Below are positions 39,296-49,158 of a stretch of 64,000 bases of DNA, in pieces. Below the pieces are notes generated by a model. It was not told the DNA's origin. It saw only the letters and a list, made by a program, of their open reading frames with translations, and did no database searches. Position numbers and translations under genes: made by a program. Source of the stretch: Gammaproteobacteria bacterium (lineage in GTDB: Bacteria; Pseudomonadota; Gammaproteobacteria; G965277405); contig OZ255726.1 of the NCBI GenBank assembly GCA_965277405.1, positions 1,824,001-1,888,000 on the forward strand, given 5' to 3'. Every line of letters begins with the position of its first letter. Position 1 is the first letter of the stretch.

Positions 39296-40557
39296 GCGCG
39301 GTGTATTTCGCACTGGTTGATTGTAATAATTTTTACTGCTCGTGCGAGCGGGTATTTAACCCGAAATTGCAAAATACCCCAGTAGTGGTGCTTTCGAATA
39401 ACGACGGCTGCATCGTAGCGCGTTCGCAAGAGGTGAAAGCGGCGAATGTAGCGATGGGCGCGCCATACTTTCAATTCAAACGGCAACTGGCGGCAATGGG
39501 GGCAACAGTTTTTTCGTCGAACTACCAATTATACGGTGATATGTCACAACGGGTGATGAATACCTTGAGGTGTTTTTTTGAGCATGTTGATGTGTATTCA
39601 ATCGACGAGGCGTTTGTGCGCTTGGAGGGCATGAATTGCGACCTTGAACAATATTGCAGCGACGTTAGCAATGCAGTCCACCAATGGACAGGAATCCCTG
39701 TTTCCATTGGCATATCAACCACTAAGACATTGGCGAAAATAGCGAATAATGTCGCCAAAAAACATACAACAAGCGGGGTGTTTGATATGAGAACAGAGTC
39801 GGACATCAAGCGCACGTTACGCGACTATAGCGTAGCAGACGTTTGGGGTGTCGGCAAAGCGTGGAACAAACAACTGCAGCAACATAATATTCATACCGCT
39901 TTGCAGTTGCGTGCAACACCTATGACAACTATGCGCGGCTGGTTTGGCGTGCTCGGGCAGCGCATGTCGTATGAGCTCCAAGGTGTTGCGTGTGTTGAAG
40001 ACCAAGCACCTGCACCGAAGAAAAGTATTATTACCTCGCGTTCGTTTGGCATAGATTTGACGGATAAAACCCTCGTCCACCAAGCATTGGCAAGCTACAC
40101 CGCCCGCGCATTTGCAAAACTGCGCCAGCAAGCCAGCGTCGCGCAATTTGTGAATATTTTTTTGGAATACCGCAATCCACGTAATAGGCAAAGGCGGCTT
40201 TGCGATAGTAGCAGCTGCGAATTTGCCATGGCTACTGCTGACTCCCGCCAAGCACTAGCAATGGTGCGCGATTGTATAGATGCCATATATACAACAGGAA
40301 AAGTATACAAAAAAGGCGGGGTAATTTTGAGTGGAATATCTCCTGCTGCACAAGTGCAACGCGACTTGTTTTCGCCAAGCGACTCGAGTAAATCTAAAGC
40401 TGTAATGGCAGCGCTCGATACAATTAACCGCAAGATGGGTGCTACGACAATACAACTAGCGGTGCAAGGGCATAGTCGACCATGGGCAATGCAGTGTAAC
40501 CACCGCTCGCCACGGTATACAACCCAATGGAGCGAACTTATGACGGTGAAGAGTTGA
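39292..40557 (+). CDS. umuC: Y-family DNA polymerase V subunit
   Basis: ALVDCNNFYCSCERVF, VLSNNDGC, YSIDEAF, SRSFG and SPRYTTQW motifs. Confidence 0.95.
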   Translation: MSAVYFALVDCNNFYCSCERVFNPKLQNTPVVVLSNNDGCIVARSQEVKAANVAMGAPYFQFKRQLAAMGATVFSSNYQLYGDMSQRVMNTLRCFFEHVDVYSIDEAFVRLEGMNCDLEQYCSDVSNAVHQWTGIPVSIGISTTKTLAKIANNVAKKHTTSGVFDMRTESDIKRTLRDYSVADVWGVGKAWNKQLQQHNIHTALQLRATPMTTMRGWFGVLGQRMSYELQGVACVEDQAPAPKKSIITSRSFGIDLTDKTLVHQALASYTARAFAKLRQQASVAQFVNIFLEYRNPRNRQRRLCDSSSCEFAMATADSRQALAMVRDCIDAIYTTGKVYKKGGVILSGISPAAQVQRDLFSPSDSSKSKAVMAALDTINRKMGATTIQLAVQGHSRPWAMQCNHRSPRYTTQWSELMTVKS

Positions 40558-40653
40558 GCCGTGCTATTTGTATGTTCAAACCATCACCGACGCGCCAATC
40601 CAAATGTGGCGGCTGATATTGTTACGCTACGTGCTGCTAAATTACTCGACGTG

Positions 40654-41268
40654 TTACGGGCGTATCAAGCCAATGCGTATCGCTATTCTGGTGAGTTCGA
40701 CTGCATTGCGGATTTTGAGTTTGAGGAATAAGTTACTGCGGTGCTTTTCTACTGTTTTTACACTGATAAATAATGCGGCGGCGATTTCTGCCATTGAGTT
40801 ACCTTTGGCTGTGTGGAGCATTATTTGTTCTTCGCGTGGTGAGAGCATCGGCATGTCGTTTTCTGCTGGGTCGAGCTTGTCTCTCATATAACTGCCGCCT
40901 TTGGCAACGATGGCAATGGCATCGAGCAATTCCTCAAATACATCGTCTTTCAGCATATAACTTTTTACACAAGGGAATACGTGGCTTTTTCCTTGTAGAT
41001 ATGGCTCAGAGTTCATCGTCAGCAAAATAACCCTGAGCGATGCTTTCGTTGCTTCATCGAGTTGCTCTAACAGCTCAAACCCAGTACCTGTGCGCAGAAT
41101 CACATCGAGCAATACGATTTGTGGTCGTGTTGCCTGAATAACTGATTTGGCTTCGGCAATGTCTGCGGCTTCACCAACCACAGTGAGTGATGCTGATGTC
41201 TCGAGGAGGTTGCGAATACCTTGACGAAACAGGGTATGGTCATCAACAATTACCAGTGAGCATGTCAT
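40654..41268 (-). CDS. NarL/FixJ-family response regulator
   Basis: IVDDHTLFRQG receiver domain, LLD phosphosite, LuxR HTH LSPREEQI..ISVKTVEKHRSNL. Confidence 0.93.
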   Translation of the reverse strand: MTCSLVIVDDHTLFRQGIRNLLETSASLTVVGEAADIAEAKSVIQATRPQIVLLDVILRTGTGFELLEQLDEATKASLRVILLTMNSEPYLQGKSHVFPCVKSYMLKDDVFEELLDAIAIVAKGGSYMRDKLDPAENDMPMLSPREEQIMLHTAKGNSMAEIAAALFISVKTVEKHRSNLFLKLKIRNAVELTRIAIRIGLIRP

Positions 41269-43049
41269 GGGCTGGGTGAGAGCGAAATACTGGTTCCTGT
41301 GCCAAGCTGGCTTTCAATCTGCAAGGTGCTGTTAAGCGTTAATGCTCGTTCGCGCATCGATATCAACCCCATGCCCTTGAGATTTGACTGCTGTACAAAC
41401 CCTTTGCCATTGTCGACAATTTGCATAGAAAAGGTGTCGCCGCGCCGTTGAATATTGATGGTGATGTGGGTTGATTGTGCATGCTTAATCGCGTTATTGA
41501 GCGCTTCTGTACAAATAAGAAAAAGGTTTTCGGCTTGGTTGATAGATAGTTTATCGATCGTAGGGTCGATGGTAGTGCTGATTTGCACGTCTGTTTGCTT
41601 GGATATCTGTATGGCTTTAGCGCTGATTGATGCAGCGACACCTTTGCTGAGTTCGATGGGTTTAATGCCATGAATCACTTGGCGGATGTTGCGGATACAG
41701 CCATCAACATCGTTGACAAGTTGTTGTTGTATTGCTACGCGAGTTTGCTTGTGTAACAGCATTTGTATTTGCAGTTTGAGTGCCACGAGCCGTTGCCCAA
41801 TCCGGTCGTGCAGGTCGCGGGCGATGCGAGACCGCTCCATATCTTGAATGAGCTGCACTTGTTGATTCAGCGCAGCTACTGTATGCAGCAGCGTTATATA
41901 TTTTTTGCAAGCCAATACCAACAAGAATGCGGTTGAGATCATCTGTGATGCTACTAATGCGCCGATGTCTTCGTTGACGCGAATTGCCTCTCCTTCAAGA
42001 TAACTGCCAATTGCCGGTGAGACAATCGCGATTGCACCGCAATACACTGAAGCATTGAGTTTAATTGCATTCTTATGGATTACCCATATGCTGCGAATGG
42101 CAATCCAACCCATCATCGCCATTGGGGTGGCCCAGTTTAGGATGATTAACGTATGATTAAAACCAGACCAAAGTGGTGAGAGCATCCATGCCGCAAATCC
42201 AAGCAAAATGGCAATAAATATTTTGTCTAGTATCGTGTAGGTAAATGCAAAAAAACGGATGATGAACTTTAACAACACCACCGTGCTTATTGAGCATAAC
42301 ACATAATAGATGCGCTGGACGTATTCGGTTTTCCAACCTAATTGATAAAACCAATTGGAACCAATTAACGATAGGATAAAGAGGATGAATATATACCAAA
42401 ATAAATTTGTAAAGCGCATCTGTCCGCGTTGGCTGAGGATGATAAACAGCACAAATATGCAGGTGAATAAGAAAAAGCTGATTGAAATACCTTCGTAAAT
42501 ACGAATGCGTAATAGCTTGTTCATTTGTTTATTGACAAGTTCGCTGTAGCTGCCAAATGCTGGCATGGCATACACGAGTCCACCAACAGGAAAACTACTC
42601 TGCACCCGGAGAGCTAAGGTATTATTGCCTTGGTGAAATAGTTGAGCTGGGACTTGGTATAAGCGAATTGCCTTATTCGCATTAATATACTCAGGAAAAA
42701 ACTGACCGTACTGGCCAATAACAGTGCCGTTGATGAATAATTTATCGACGCTATGGACGCTACCGAGGTAGATGTATACGTCTTGTTGTGGCGGTTTTGC
42801 AACGTGTAAATCCGCACGGTACCAACCCTCGCCAAACGGCTCACCCAGTCCTTGTTGTACCCAGTCTCCTGGCACTTGGATGGGCGACCATTGGCTGTCG
42901 TTGAGTTTCGTTGCCGACCATGCAAAATCGTTACCAGCTTTAAAACGCCAATTGCTAATAGTTTGCGAGAATGCATGGGTGCTTATCAGCAGCAATACCG
43001 CAGCTATAAAAAAACGTGCAAGACACAATTGCATCAATAACAGCAACAA
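41265..43049 (-). CDS. Sensor histidine kinase (HisKA_3) with N-terminal galactose-binding-like jelly-roll and multi-TM region
   Basis: WRFKAGND..W..IQVPGDW..GWYR..LFINGTVIG..NTLALRV (GH2 sugar-binding-like); ERSRIARDLHD, EALNNAIKHA, DNGKGF and GMGLISMRER. Confidence 0.88.
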   Translation of the reverse strand: MLLLLMQLCLARFFIAAVLLLISTHAFSQTISNWRFKAGNDFAWSATKLNDSQWSPIQVPGDWVQQGLGEPFGEGWYRADLHVAKPPQQDVYIYLGSVHSVDKLFINGTVIGQYGQFFPEYINANKAIRLYQVPAQLFHQGNNTLALRVQSSFPVGGLVYAMPAFGSYSELVNKQMNKLLRIRIYEGISISFFLFTCIFVLFIILSQRGQMRFTNLFWYIFILFILSLIGSNWFYQLGWKTEYVQRIYYVLCSISTVVLLKFIIRFFAFTYTILDKIFIAILLGFAAWMLSPLWSGFNHTLIILNWATPMAMMGWIAIRSIWVIHKNAIKLNASVYCGAIAIVSPAIGSYLEGEAIRVNEDIGALVASQMISTAFLLVLACKKYITLLHTVAALNQQVQLIQDMERSRIARDLHDRIGQRLVALKLQIQMLLHKQTRVAIQQQLVNDVDGCIRNIRQVIHGIKPIELSKGVAASISAKAIQISKQTDVQISTTIDPTIDKLSINQAENLFLICTEALNNAIKHAQSTHITINIQRRGDTFSMQIVDNGKGFVQQSNLKGMGLISMRERALTLNSTLQIESQLGTGTSISLSPSP

Positions 43050-43478
43050 CTAATTGCGGTTGAAAAACACTCTGTCGAGTGACAATACGCCAGCACCACG
43101 ACCGATGATATATACCAAGCATGTTGCCCAAATAAGATGCGTTGCCCAAGCACTTGGGTATACGAAAATCTGGATAACCATGGTCATAATCAGCAGTGAC
43201 GCTGCGCTAAAGCGTGCAGCTAGGCCGATTACTAACAGAATTGAAAATAAATGTTCAGCATATGTTGCGAGGTATGCGGCGAGCTTAAATGGAATAATCG
43301 GCAGGTCATATTCATATTCAAACAACAATAAAGTCGAGGGTATGATTTCGATAATGCCGTCAACTTTGGTGCGAGCTGATAACCAAAAAGGAGTGGCGAC
43401 GGCAAGCCGTGCCATTAGTGCTATGATACTGTGGGGGATGGTGTCAGCGATACGTGCCAGTGTATATAATAGTTTCAT
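43050..43478 (-). CDS. DoxX-family membrane protein (BufD-like)
   Basis: FWLSARTK, LFEYEY.LP, ATYAEH..LLVIGL..R, IQIFVYP.AW.TH and GAGVLSLD motifs. Confidence 0.88.
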   Translation of the reverse strand: MKLLYTLARIADTIPHSIIALMARLAVATPFWLSARTKVDGIIEIIPSTLLLFEYEYDLPIIPFKLAAYLATYAEHLFSILLVIGLAARFSAASLLIMTMVIQIFVYPSAWATHLIWATCLVYIIGRGAGVLSLDRVFFNRN

Positions 43479-44275
43479 AATGGCAATTTTCCGCCTGGGG
43501 TGAAAGAAATCGAGCTGATTGTTCCGTCAAAAAGCACAGATTGAAGCAATATTGTTAAGTCAAAACTTGGGTGTTGCTGCAGCGTATATTCTAACGCTGC
43601 TTGCATAGTATGCTGGTTGCAATAGCATAAAAATGTATGGTCTGCGGCTTGCAATGTGCGTACTTCTACCGCTGCATGGCAACGCAGCGCCAGTATGTGT
43701 TTTGTTGAGCCGTCAAATACAATACCTGCTACAGCAGGTGGTGATTGTTGGTGGGCCTGCCAAATTGCATCAATTGGGTGTGGTGATGTTAGTAACTGCA
43801 CGCTTGCATGGAGGTTGAGTTGTGCACGTAACAGCTGTTCACCCGCAACTTTGGCAAGGTCGCTTGGTTTGAGCACGGGGTCATCTGTGGCGTGATACGC
43901 CAAATGCAAGGCGTATTCAAGTTTGGCAACGTCTGGCAAATAACCAACAGCTTGTAACGCTGGGTGTTGTTGGATACTGCGCTCAAGAAAAGCAACAAAA
44001 TCACCACCGTAGCGGATCAACGTGCCGTGGCTAGGCAGGTTATCTGGAATAAATGCCTGAGCCAGCTGGGTAAAAGTAGTTTTGCCAATCAGTTGTTGGA
44101 CAACAGGGTAGAGTGATGCTAATGCTTGAATAAGCGAGTGAACCACGTTGTTACGGTACACGTTCAAACGCTGCTGTTGGAGGGTGGTATTGGCTATATC
44201 TTGCAACGCAGTATTGTCGGCAGCGTCGAGCACAGATGCAGCGAAGGTGCGCTGCCATTGTAGCAGATTATTCAT
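43475..44275 (-). CDS. DUF2063 MNIO partner protein (BufC/HvfC-like)
   Basis: RLNVYRNNV..L..LYPVV.QLIG, YGGDF..FL and YLPDVAKLEYA motifs; ATG overlaps the DUF692 stop. Confidence 0.88.
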   Translation of the reverse strand: MNNLLQWQRTFAASVLDAADNTALQDIANTTLQQQRLNVYRNNVVHSLIQALASLYPVVQQLIGKTTFTQLAQAFIPDNLPSHGTLIRYGGDFVAFLERSIQQHPALQAVGYLPDVAKLEYALHLAYHATDDPVLKPSDLAKVAGEQLLRAQLNLHASVQLLTSPHPIDAIWQAHQQSPPAVAGIVFDGSTKHILALRCHAAVEVRTLQAADHTFLCYCNQHTMQAALEYTLQQHPSFDLTILLQSVLFDGTISSISFTPGGKLPL

Positions 44276-45132
44276 TATGCTGCTGCGGATTTGATCGCTT
44301 GTAAAATCGAGTTGGCGGTTGCTGCTTCGTCCAATAGGGTTTGCAGTGGCGGAATATTGGTATCCCATTCGATGAGGGTATGTACCGCGCCACAATGCCG
44401 AATCGCCTGACGGTATAATCCCCATACATTATCGCAGACGCGGCATGAATGATCGTCAATCAGCAAGCGTTGCTCGTCAATTTTCTCTTCGGCATGTCCT
44501 GCCAGATGGATTTCCTTGACCGCAGTAGCAGGGATTTCGCGAATGTATGCTTGCGCGTCTAAACCATTATTGATCGTGCTGACATAGATATTATTGACGT
44601 CTAATAAAATACCAGCGCCAGTACGTTTGTGGATGTTTGTTAAAAATTCAGTTTCGCTCATCGATGATGTTTGACTTGAGAAATAGGTCGATGGGTTTTC
44701 GAGGAGCAATGTTGTGTTGAGTTGTTGCTGGACATAGTCGATATTGTCACAGACCAATTGCAGCGACTCATTGGTATACGGGATGGGTAATAAGTCGTTG
44801 AAGAATTTTGCTTCGCTATAGCTCCATGATAAATGGTCGGAAAACATGAACGGTTGATACCGCTCTTTTAAAGCGCATAATCGCTGCAAATGTGCATGTT
44901 GTTGCCAATTTGCGCTGCCGAGTGAAAGACCAATTGAATGAAATGAAAGTGGGTAATGTTGACGAATGGCATCAAGCTGTGCTAGGGGTGTGCCGCCACC
45001 ACCCATATAATTTTCAGGATGCAATTCAAGCCAGCCAATGGCTGGCTTGAACCTGAGTAAATCATCAAAATGTTTGGGCTTAAAACAAATGCCGACAATA
45101 TTGGTAGTATTATTGGTATTATTTGAGTGCAT
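44275..45132 (-). CDS. DUF692 multinuclear non-heme iron oxidase (MNIO, BufB-like)
   Basis: LELHPENYM, HSIGLSLG, SDHLSW, DLLPIP, LENPSTY, LLDVNNIYV, EIHLAGH, IDDH and EWD motifs. Confidence 0.94.
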   Translation of the reverse strand: MHSNNTNNTTNIVGICFKPKHFDDLLRFKPAIGWLELHPENYMGGGGTPLAQLDAIRQHYPLSFHSIGLSLGSANWQQHAHLQRLCALKERYQPFMFSDHLSWSYSEAKFFNDLLPIPYTNESLQLVCDNIDYVQQQLNTTLLLENPSTYFSSQTSSMSETEFLTNIHKRTGAGILLDVNNIYVSTINNGLDAQAYIREIPATAVKEIHLAGHAEEKIDEQRLLIDDHSCRVCDNVWGLYRQAIRHCGAVHTLIEWDTNIPPLQTLLDEAATANSILQAIKSAAA

Positions 45133-45152
45133 TTTAGAGTCTTATAACCTTA

Positions 45153-45413
45153 TTATTTGATTGGTGCTAAACTACCTCCCGACATTTTTGCACACGAGCC
45201 GTCGAGCACCAACATCCAAGCATTGCCCTGGTTATCGACCTTACTGGTTCCTGCGCATGTTGTACCTGGACCTGCTGCGCAATCGTTTTTTCCTGCTTTG
45301 GCAACGCCATAACATTTCTCTGTGCCATCAGCTTGCGCCGGGACAGCAACCATCGCCAATGCGGCAGTAACTGCACTCGCAACTAACAAACTTGAAGCAA
45401 CTTTTTTCTGCAT
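45153..45413 (-). CDS. DUF2282 RiPP precursor (bufferin BufA1-like) with signal peptide
   Basis: Sec signal ending AQA; [32 protein letters not shown] with four Cys. Confidence 0.92.
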   Translation of the reverse strand: MQKKVASSLLVASAVTAALAMVAVPAQADGTEKCYGVAKAGKNDCAAGPGTTCAGTSKVDNQGNAWMLVLDGSCAKMSGGSLAPIK

Positions 45414-45523
45414 AATAAATTCTCGTGATTGAATAGAAGCGCATTATAGCCAAGGGCAACACCAACGGATATTAGGGAAAACCTGTATTGTTGTATGCGG
45501 CAGATTTGGGTGCTATACATTAG

Positions 45524-45824
45524 GGAAGCTCTGATTAAGTCGCTGATGGAGCGAGTTTGATGGTAATTGCTGATGACTGCAAGGTGCAAACCGCACGCAT
45601 GCCGCTGGCTCATGGCGGAGCATATCCGCCAAGGGGTGCAACACTGCAAGCGTAAGCAATTGGCGTAAACCAAGAGTATATTGCACACGGGAACGGGGGA
45701 AACGCAGCGCGTTGTTGTTGCAGCAGCACGTGATAATACCACCAGTATTAGCTGCGCACTGCGCTTAAGTTATCATCAGCGTTGTTGTGCCGTCTCGCCC
45801 ATCATGGACTTAATCAGAGGTTCG
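45524..45824 (+). mobile_element. Full-length MITE (~301 bp)
   Basis: ttag|ggaagctctgattaagtc...gacttaatcagaggttcg; same internal sequence as 16517-16801. Confidence 0.9.
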
Positions 45825-46068
45825 CGAATGCAAGATAAGCCAACATTTATTAGGCGCATGGTTGCAGGATTTAGCTGACGATGCGCATATGATTAGCTAT
45901 ATTATTGGCGTCGGTATTGAATAAACTAAGCCAATACTCGCACCAAGCTATCGGCTTCACCACCACTGGGAGATGAGAACATGTGTTTAGCAGTTTACCG
46001 CGATTATAATCTGAAGCCGCTATGACGCGGCCAAGGCAATTACTGTTACACAAACAACTCTAACCACG

Positions 46069-47223
46069 ATGAAACGCAGCCATTTTGTGGTGCTGTGCAT
46101 AGGCGGCTATTTGTTAGGAGCAGGGTACGGGGCGTCTTTTTTGATTCCACAATATGTGTCGACATTTGGTGGAGATGCTGCACTGGCTGGGCAGATTATT
46201 GGTAGCGCAACGCTCGGTACAATCATCGTAGTCCTGCTTTCAGGGCATTTTGCTGATAAGTTTGGTCTTATCCAATGCTGCACATATTCCAGTATTTTAA
46301 TGGTATGTTCGATGGCGTTGTTTGCCAGCAACCATGACGTTGTGGTATTGCAAATTGCAGGTTTGTTGCTTGGTACAGGTTGGGGGTTATTTTATTGCTT
46401 GGGTGTCGTGTTGCTCGCCGCTGTTATTCCCAAGTCGCGGCGCACGCACGCGTTTGCGTTGTTGTCTGGCATGCAAATGGCAGGCATTGGCACAGGGTCG
46501 CTGATTGGATATTGCGTCACAGCATTCGGTCAGTCCATTGCATACGCTTTCGTTATTACTGCGTGCATGGCGGGTGCGACGTTGCTGCTGTACAGCTATT
46601 TAAGCCAAGTTGTGAAAACAACAAATATTATAGCTAACAAAGTATCTGCGGCAGCGGTTGCTGCGGTGTTGCGCGCCCAGGCGCGCTATCCCATTATTAT
46701 TGTGAGTATTGGTGGCGGAATATTTGGTAGTTTTTCAACTTTCCAAGCTGATTTTGCCCACAGCCATCAGCAGCAATATGGGGTGTTTTTTATTTGTTTT
46801 GTTATTGCTGTGATTGTCGGTCGGTTGTTGTTGTCTGGAATTGTTACCAAACGCGACCCGTTGATCGCGGCGTTGCTGCTGTCGACGCTAGTGCTGGTTG
46901 CGATGTTAATGTTTGCATGGTTCATCAACAATATTATCTGGTATGCCACAGCGTCAATCTTGTATGGTCTTGGCTACGGGCTGCTGTATTCGGTTATCAA
47001 TGGTCAAGTCGCCAACGAATCACCAAGTCAATGCGTACCACAAGCAATCGCGTTGTTTAGTATGGGCTATTTTATCGGTTTATTCGGTATGCCGTTTATT
47101 GCTGGAATAGTTATTGTTGGCGCAGGAATTCCAGTCATGGTTTGGCTTATGGTCGCACTCGCGGGGGCAAATGTTGTGATTACTAGCTATCGACTGATCG
47201 CGCATAGGCCGCACCAGTACTAG
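46069..47223 (+). CDS. MFS transporter
   Basis: About 12 hydrophobic segments; motif A-like SGHFADKFG. Confidence 0.85.
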   Translation: MKRSHFVVLCIGGYLLGAGYGASFLIPQYVSTFGGDAALAGQIIGSATLGTIIVVLLSGHFADKFGLIQCCTYSSILMVCSMALFASNHDVVVLQIAGLLLGTGWGLFYCLGVVLLAAVIPKSRRTHAFALLSGMQMAGIGTGSLIGYCVTAFGQSIAYAFVITACMAGATLLLYSYLSQVVKTTNIIANKVSAAAVAAVLRAQARYPIIIVSIGGGIFGSFSTFQADFAHSHQQQYGVFFICFVIAVIVGRLLLSGIVTKRDPLIAALLLSTLVLVAMLMFAWFINNIIWYATASILYGLGYGLLYSVINGQVANESPSQCVPQAIALFSMGYFIGLFGMPFIAGIVIVGAGIPVMVWLMVALAGANVVITSYRLIAHRPHQY

Positions 47224-47379
47224 GACAGCAAGTTAGTTTTCTCTTGTTTATTGTCTTCCAAGGAATTGAACACAGCAAGTACAGCAAACCGTTGTATAAT
47301 GCTGCTTAAGGCAACAATAAGCAGAGTTTGCTGCTGCATCTCGAGCGTAACCTGCGAATGAATTAAAAAATATCGGCGA

Positions 47380-49158
47380 CTAATGCCCGCGCATAAACAC
47401 CGCATCGAGTTCTTGCATGGTCAGTTGCACCCACGTTGGGCGGCCGTGGTTGCATTGACCGCTGCGTTGTGTCGCTTCGATTTGGCGGAGTAATGCGTTC
47501 ATTTCTGGTATTTTTAACATTCTATTGGCACGAACTGCAGTGTGGCAGGCAACACTACTTAGCACTCGATCGCTGGCAGCAACAACGCGGTGTGATTTGC
47601 CATACTGTTGCAAGTCAGCGACTATATCTTCGAGCAATGCCGCGCCGTCGTAGTTTTGCAACTGTGCAGGAATCGAGCGCAGCCAGACAAATGTAGCGCC
47701 GCAGCGGGTGATGTCTAAGCCACATGCAAACAGTATTTGTTGATATTCCTCAAGCGTTTCGATGCTATGTGCAGGCATGTCGATACGAATCGGGGTGAGG
47801 AGTTGTTGTACCGCAATGGTGTGGGAATGCTGTAGTTTGAGCTGTTCATACAAAATGCGCTCGTGGGCTGCGTGCATATCGACAATCACCATGCCGTTAT
47901 TATTTTCTGCCAAAATATATACACCATGAATCTGCCCAACTGCAAACCCAAGGGGCGGTATATCGTCAGTCGACTTTGGCAGGTCGATGGTAGTTTGTGG
48001 CTCGGTTGTGGCGTATGCAGCATTGGGTTGCTGCGTACCCATGACTGCAGCAGGTCGCCAACTAGCAGCCGCGCGCTCACCTACACCAGGGTATTGCAAG
48101 CCGATAGTACTTTGAATTGCCTGTGGAGTGGGTGGTTTAAGCAACTGTGCTCCAGATTGAGCGGTGGATGGACTGGGCTGCGCTAAGATTGATTGTAGCG
48201 TTGATTTAATAAAGTCATACAACAGTCGACTCTGCTCAAAACGCACTTCATGCTTGCTTGGATGGACATTGACATCAACAGATTCTGCCGGGAAACTAAG
48301 AAACAGCACGTATGCTGGATAGCGCCCGTTGTGCAATACGTCGCGGTATGCGCTACGAATCGCATGGCTTATCATCGGGTCGCGAATCCATCGACCATTC
48401 AAAAAAATATATTGTACGTCTGCTTGGCTGCGCGAAAATGCTGGCATTGCCACCCACCCTGAAAGAGCTAATTCACCGCGGCTGCTATCTATTTCTAATG
48501 CGTGATCGACAAAACTCTGCCCGCATAAAGAGACAAGACGTTGTTCCTCGCCAACCTTATCCAACGCTTTGCCGAGCGAGAGAATCTGTTTGTGGTTATG
48601 GGTCAAGCTAAAGGCAATACGCGGATGCGATAATGCTAGGCGGATTATCATTGCTTCACATTGTTTAAACTCGGAGCGTTCTTGGCGAAGAAACTTGCGG
48701 CGCGCAGGCACATTATAAAACAGGTTCGCCACAGTAACCCTTGTCCCTTCATTCGCTGCAGTCGGTGCGACTTCGCCATGACTATTGATTTGCCAGCCGT
48801 CTTGGCTGCCTTGAGGCCGAGAGATGATTGTGGTGCGCGCAACAGATGCAATACTCGCGAGTGCTTCACCGCGAAAACCAAGGCTGGTGATATTACGTAA
48901 ATCATCAATAGCCGTTATTTTGCTCGTGGCATGACGCAAGATTGATAATGGCAGTTGCTGGCGGTCAATGCCAATGCCATCATCGTGCACTTGAATACAA
49001 TCACAACCTCCACCATTTAAGATAATATCGATTGACTGCGCCGCCGCATCGATGCTGTTTTCCACGAGTTCTTTGATAATCGACGCAGGCCTATCTATTA
49101 CCTCTCCAGCGGCAATTTGATTGATGACTTGTTGGGGTAGTTGTTGAATGTTTGCCAT
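47380..49158 (-). CDS. mutL: DNA mismatch repair endonuclease MutL
   Basis: NQIAAGEVI, GFRGEALASI, VDVNVHPSK, DMHAAHER and CNHGRPT motifs. Confidence 0.97.
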   Translation of the reverse strand: MANIQQLPQQVINQIAAGEVIDRPASIIKELVENSIDAAAQSIDIILNGGGCDCIQVHDDGIGIDRQQLPLSILRHATSKITAIDDLRNITSLGFRGEALASIASVARTTIISRPQGSQDGWQINSHGEVAPTAANEGTRVTVANLFYNVPARRKFLRQERSEFKQCEAMIIRLALSHPRIAFSLTHNHKQILSLGKALDKVGEEQRLVSLCGQSFVDHALEIDSSRGELALSGWVAMPAFSRSQADVQYIFLNGRWIRDPMISHAIRSAYRDVLHNGRYPAYVLFLSFPAESVDVNVHPSKHEVRFEQSRLLYDFIKSTLQSILAQPSPSTAQSGAQLLKPPTPQAIQSTIGLQYPGVGERAAASWRPAAVMGTQQPNAAYATTEPQTTIDLPKSTDDIPPLGFAVGQIHGVYILAENNNGMVIVDMHAAHERILYEQLKLQHSHTIAVQQLLTPIRIDMPAHSIETLEEYQQILFACGLDITRCGATFVWLRSIPAQLQNYDGAALLEDIVADLQQYGKSHRVVAASDRVLSSVACHTAVRANRMLKIPEMNALLRQIEATQRSGQCNHGRPTWVQLTMQELDAVFMRGH

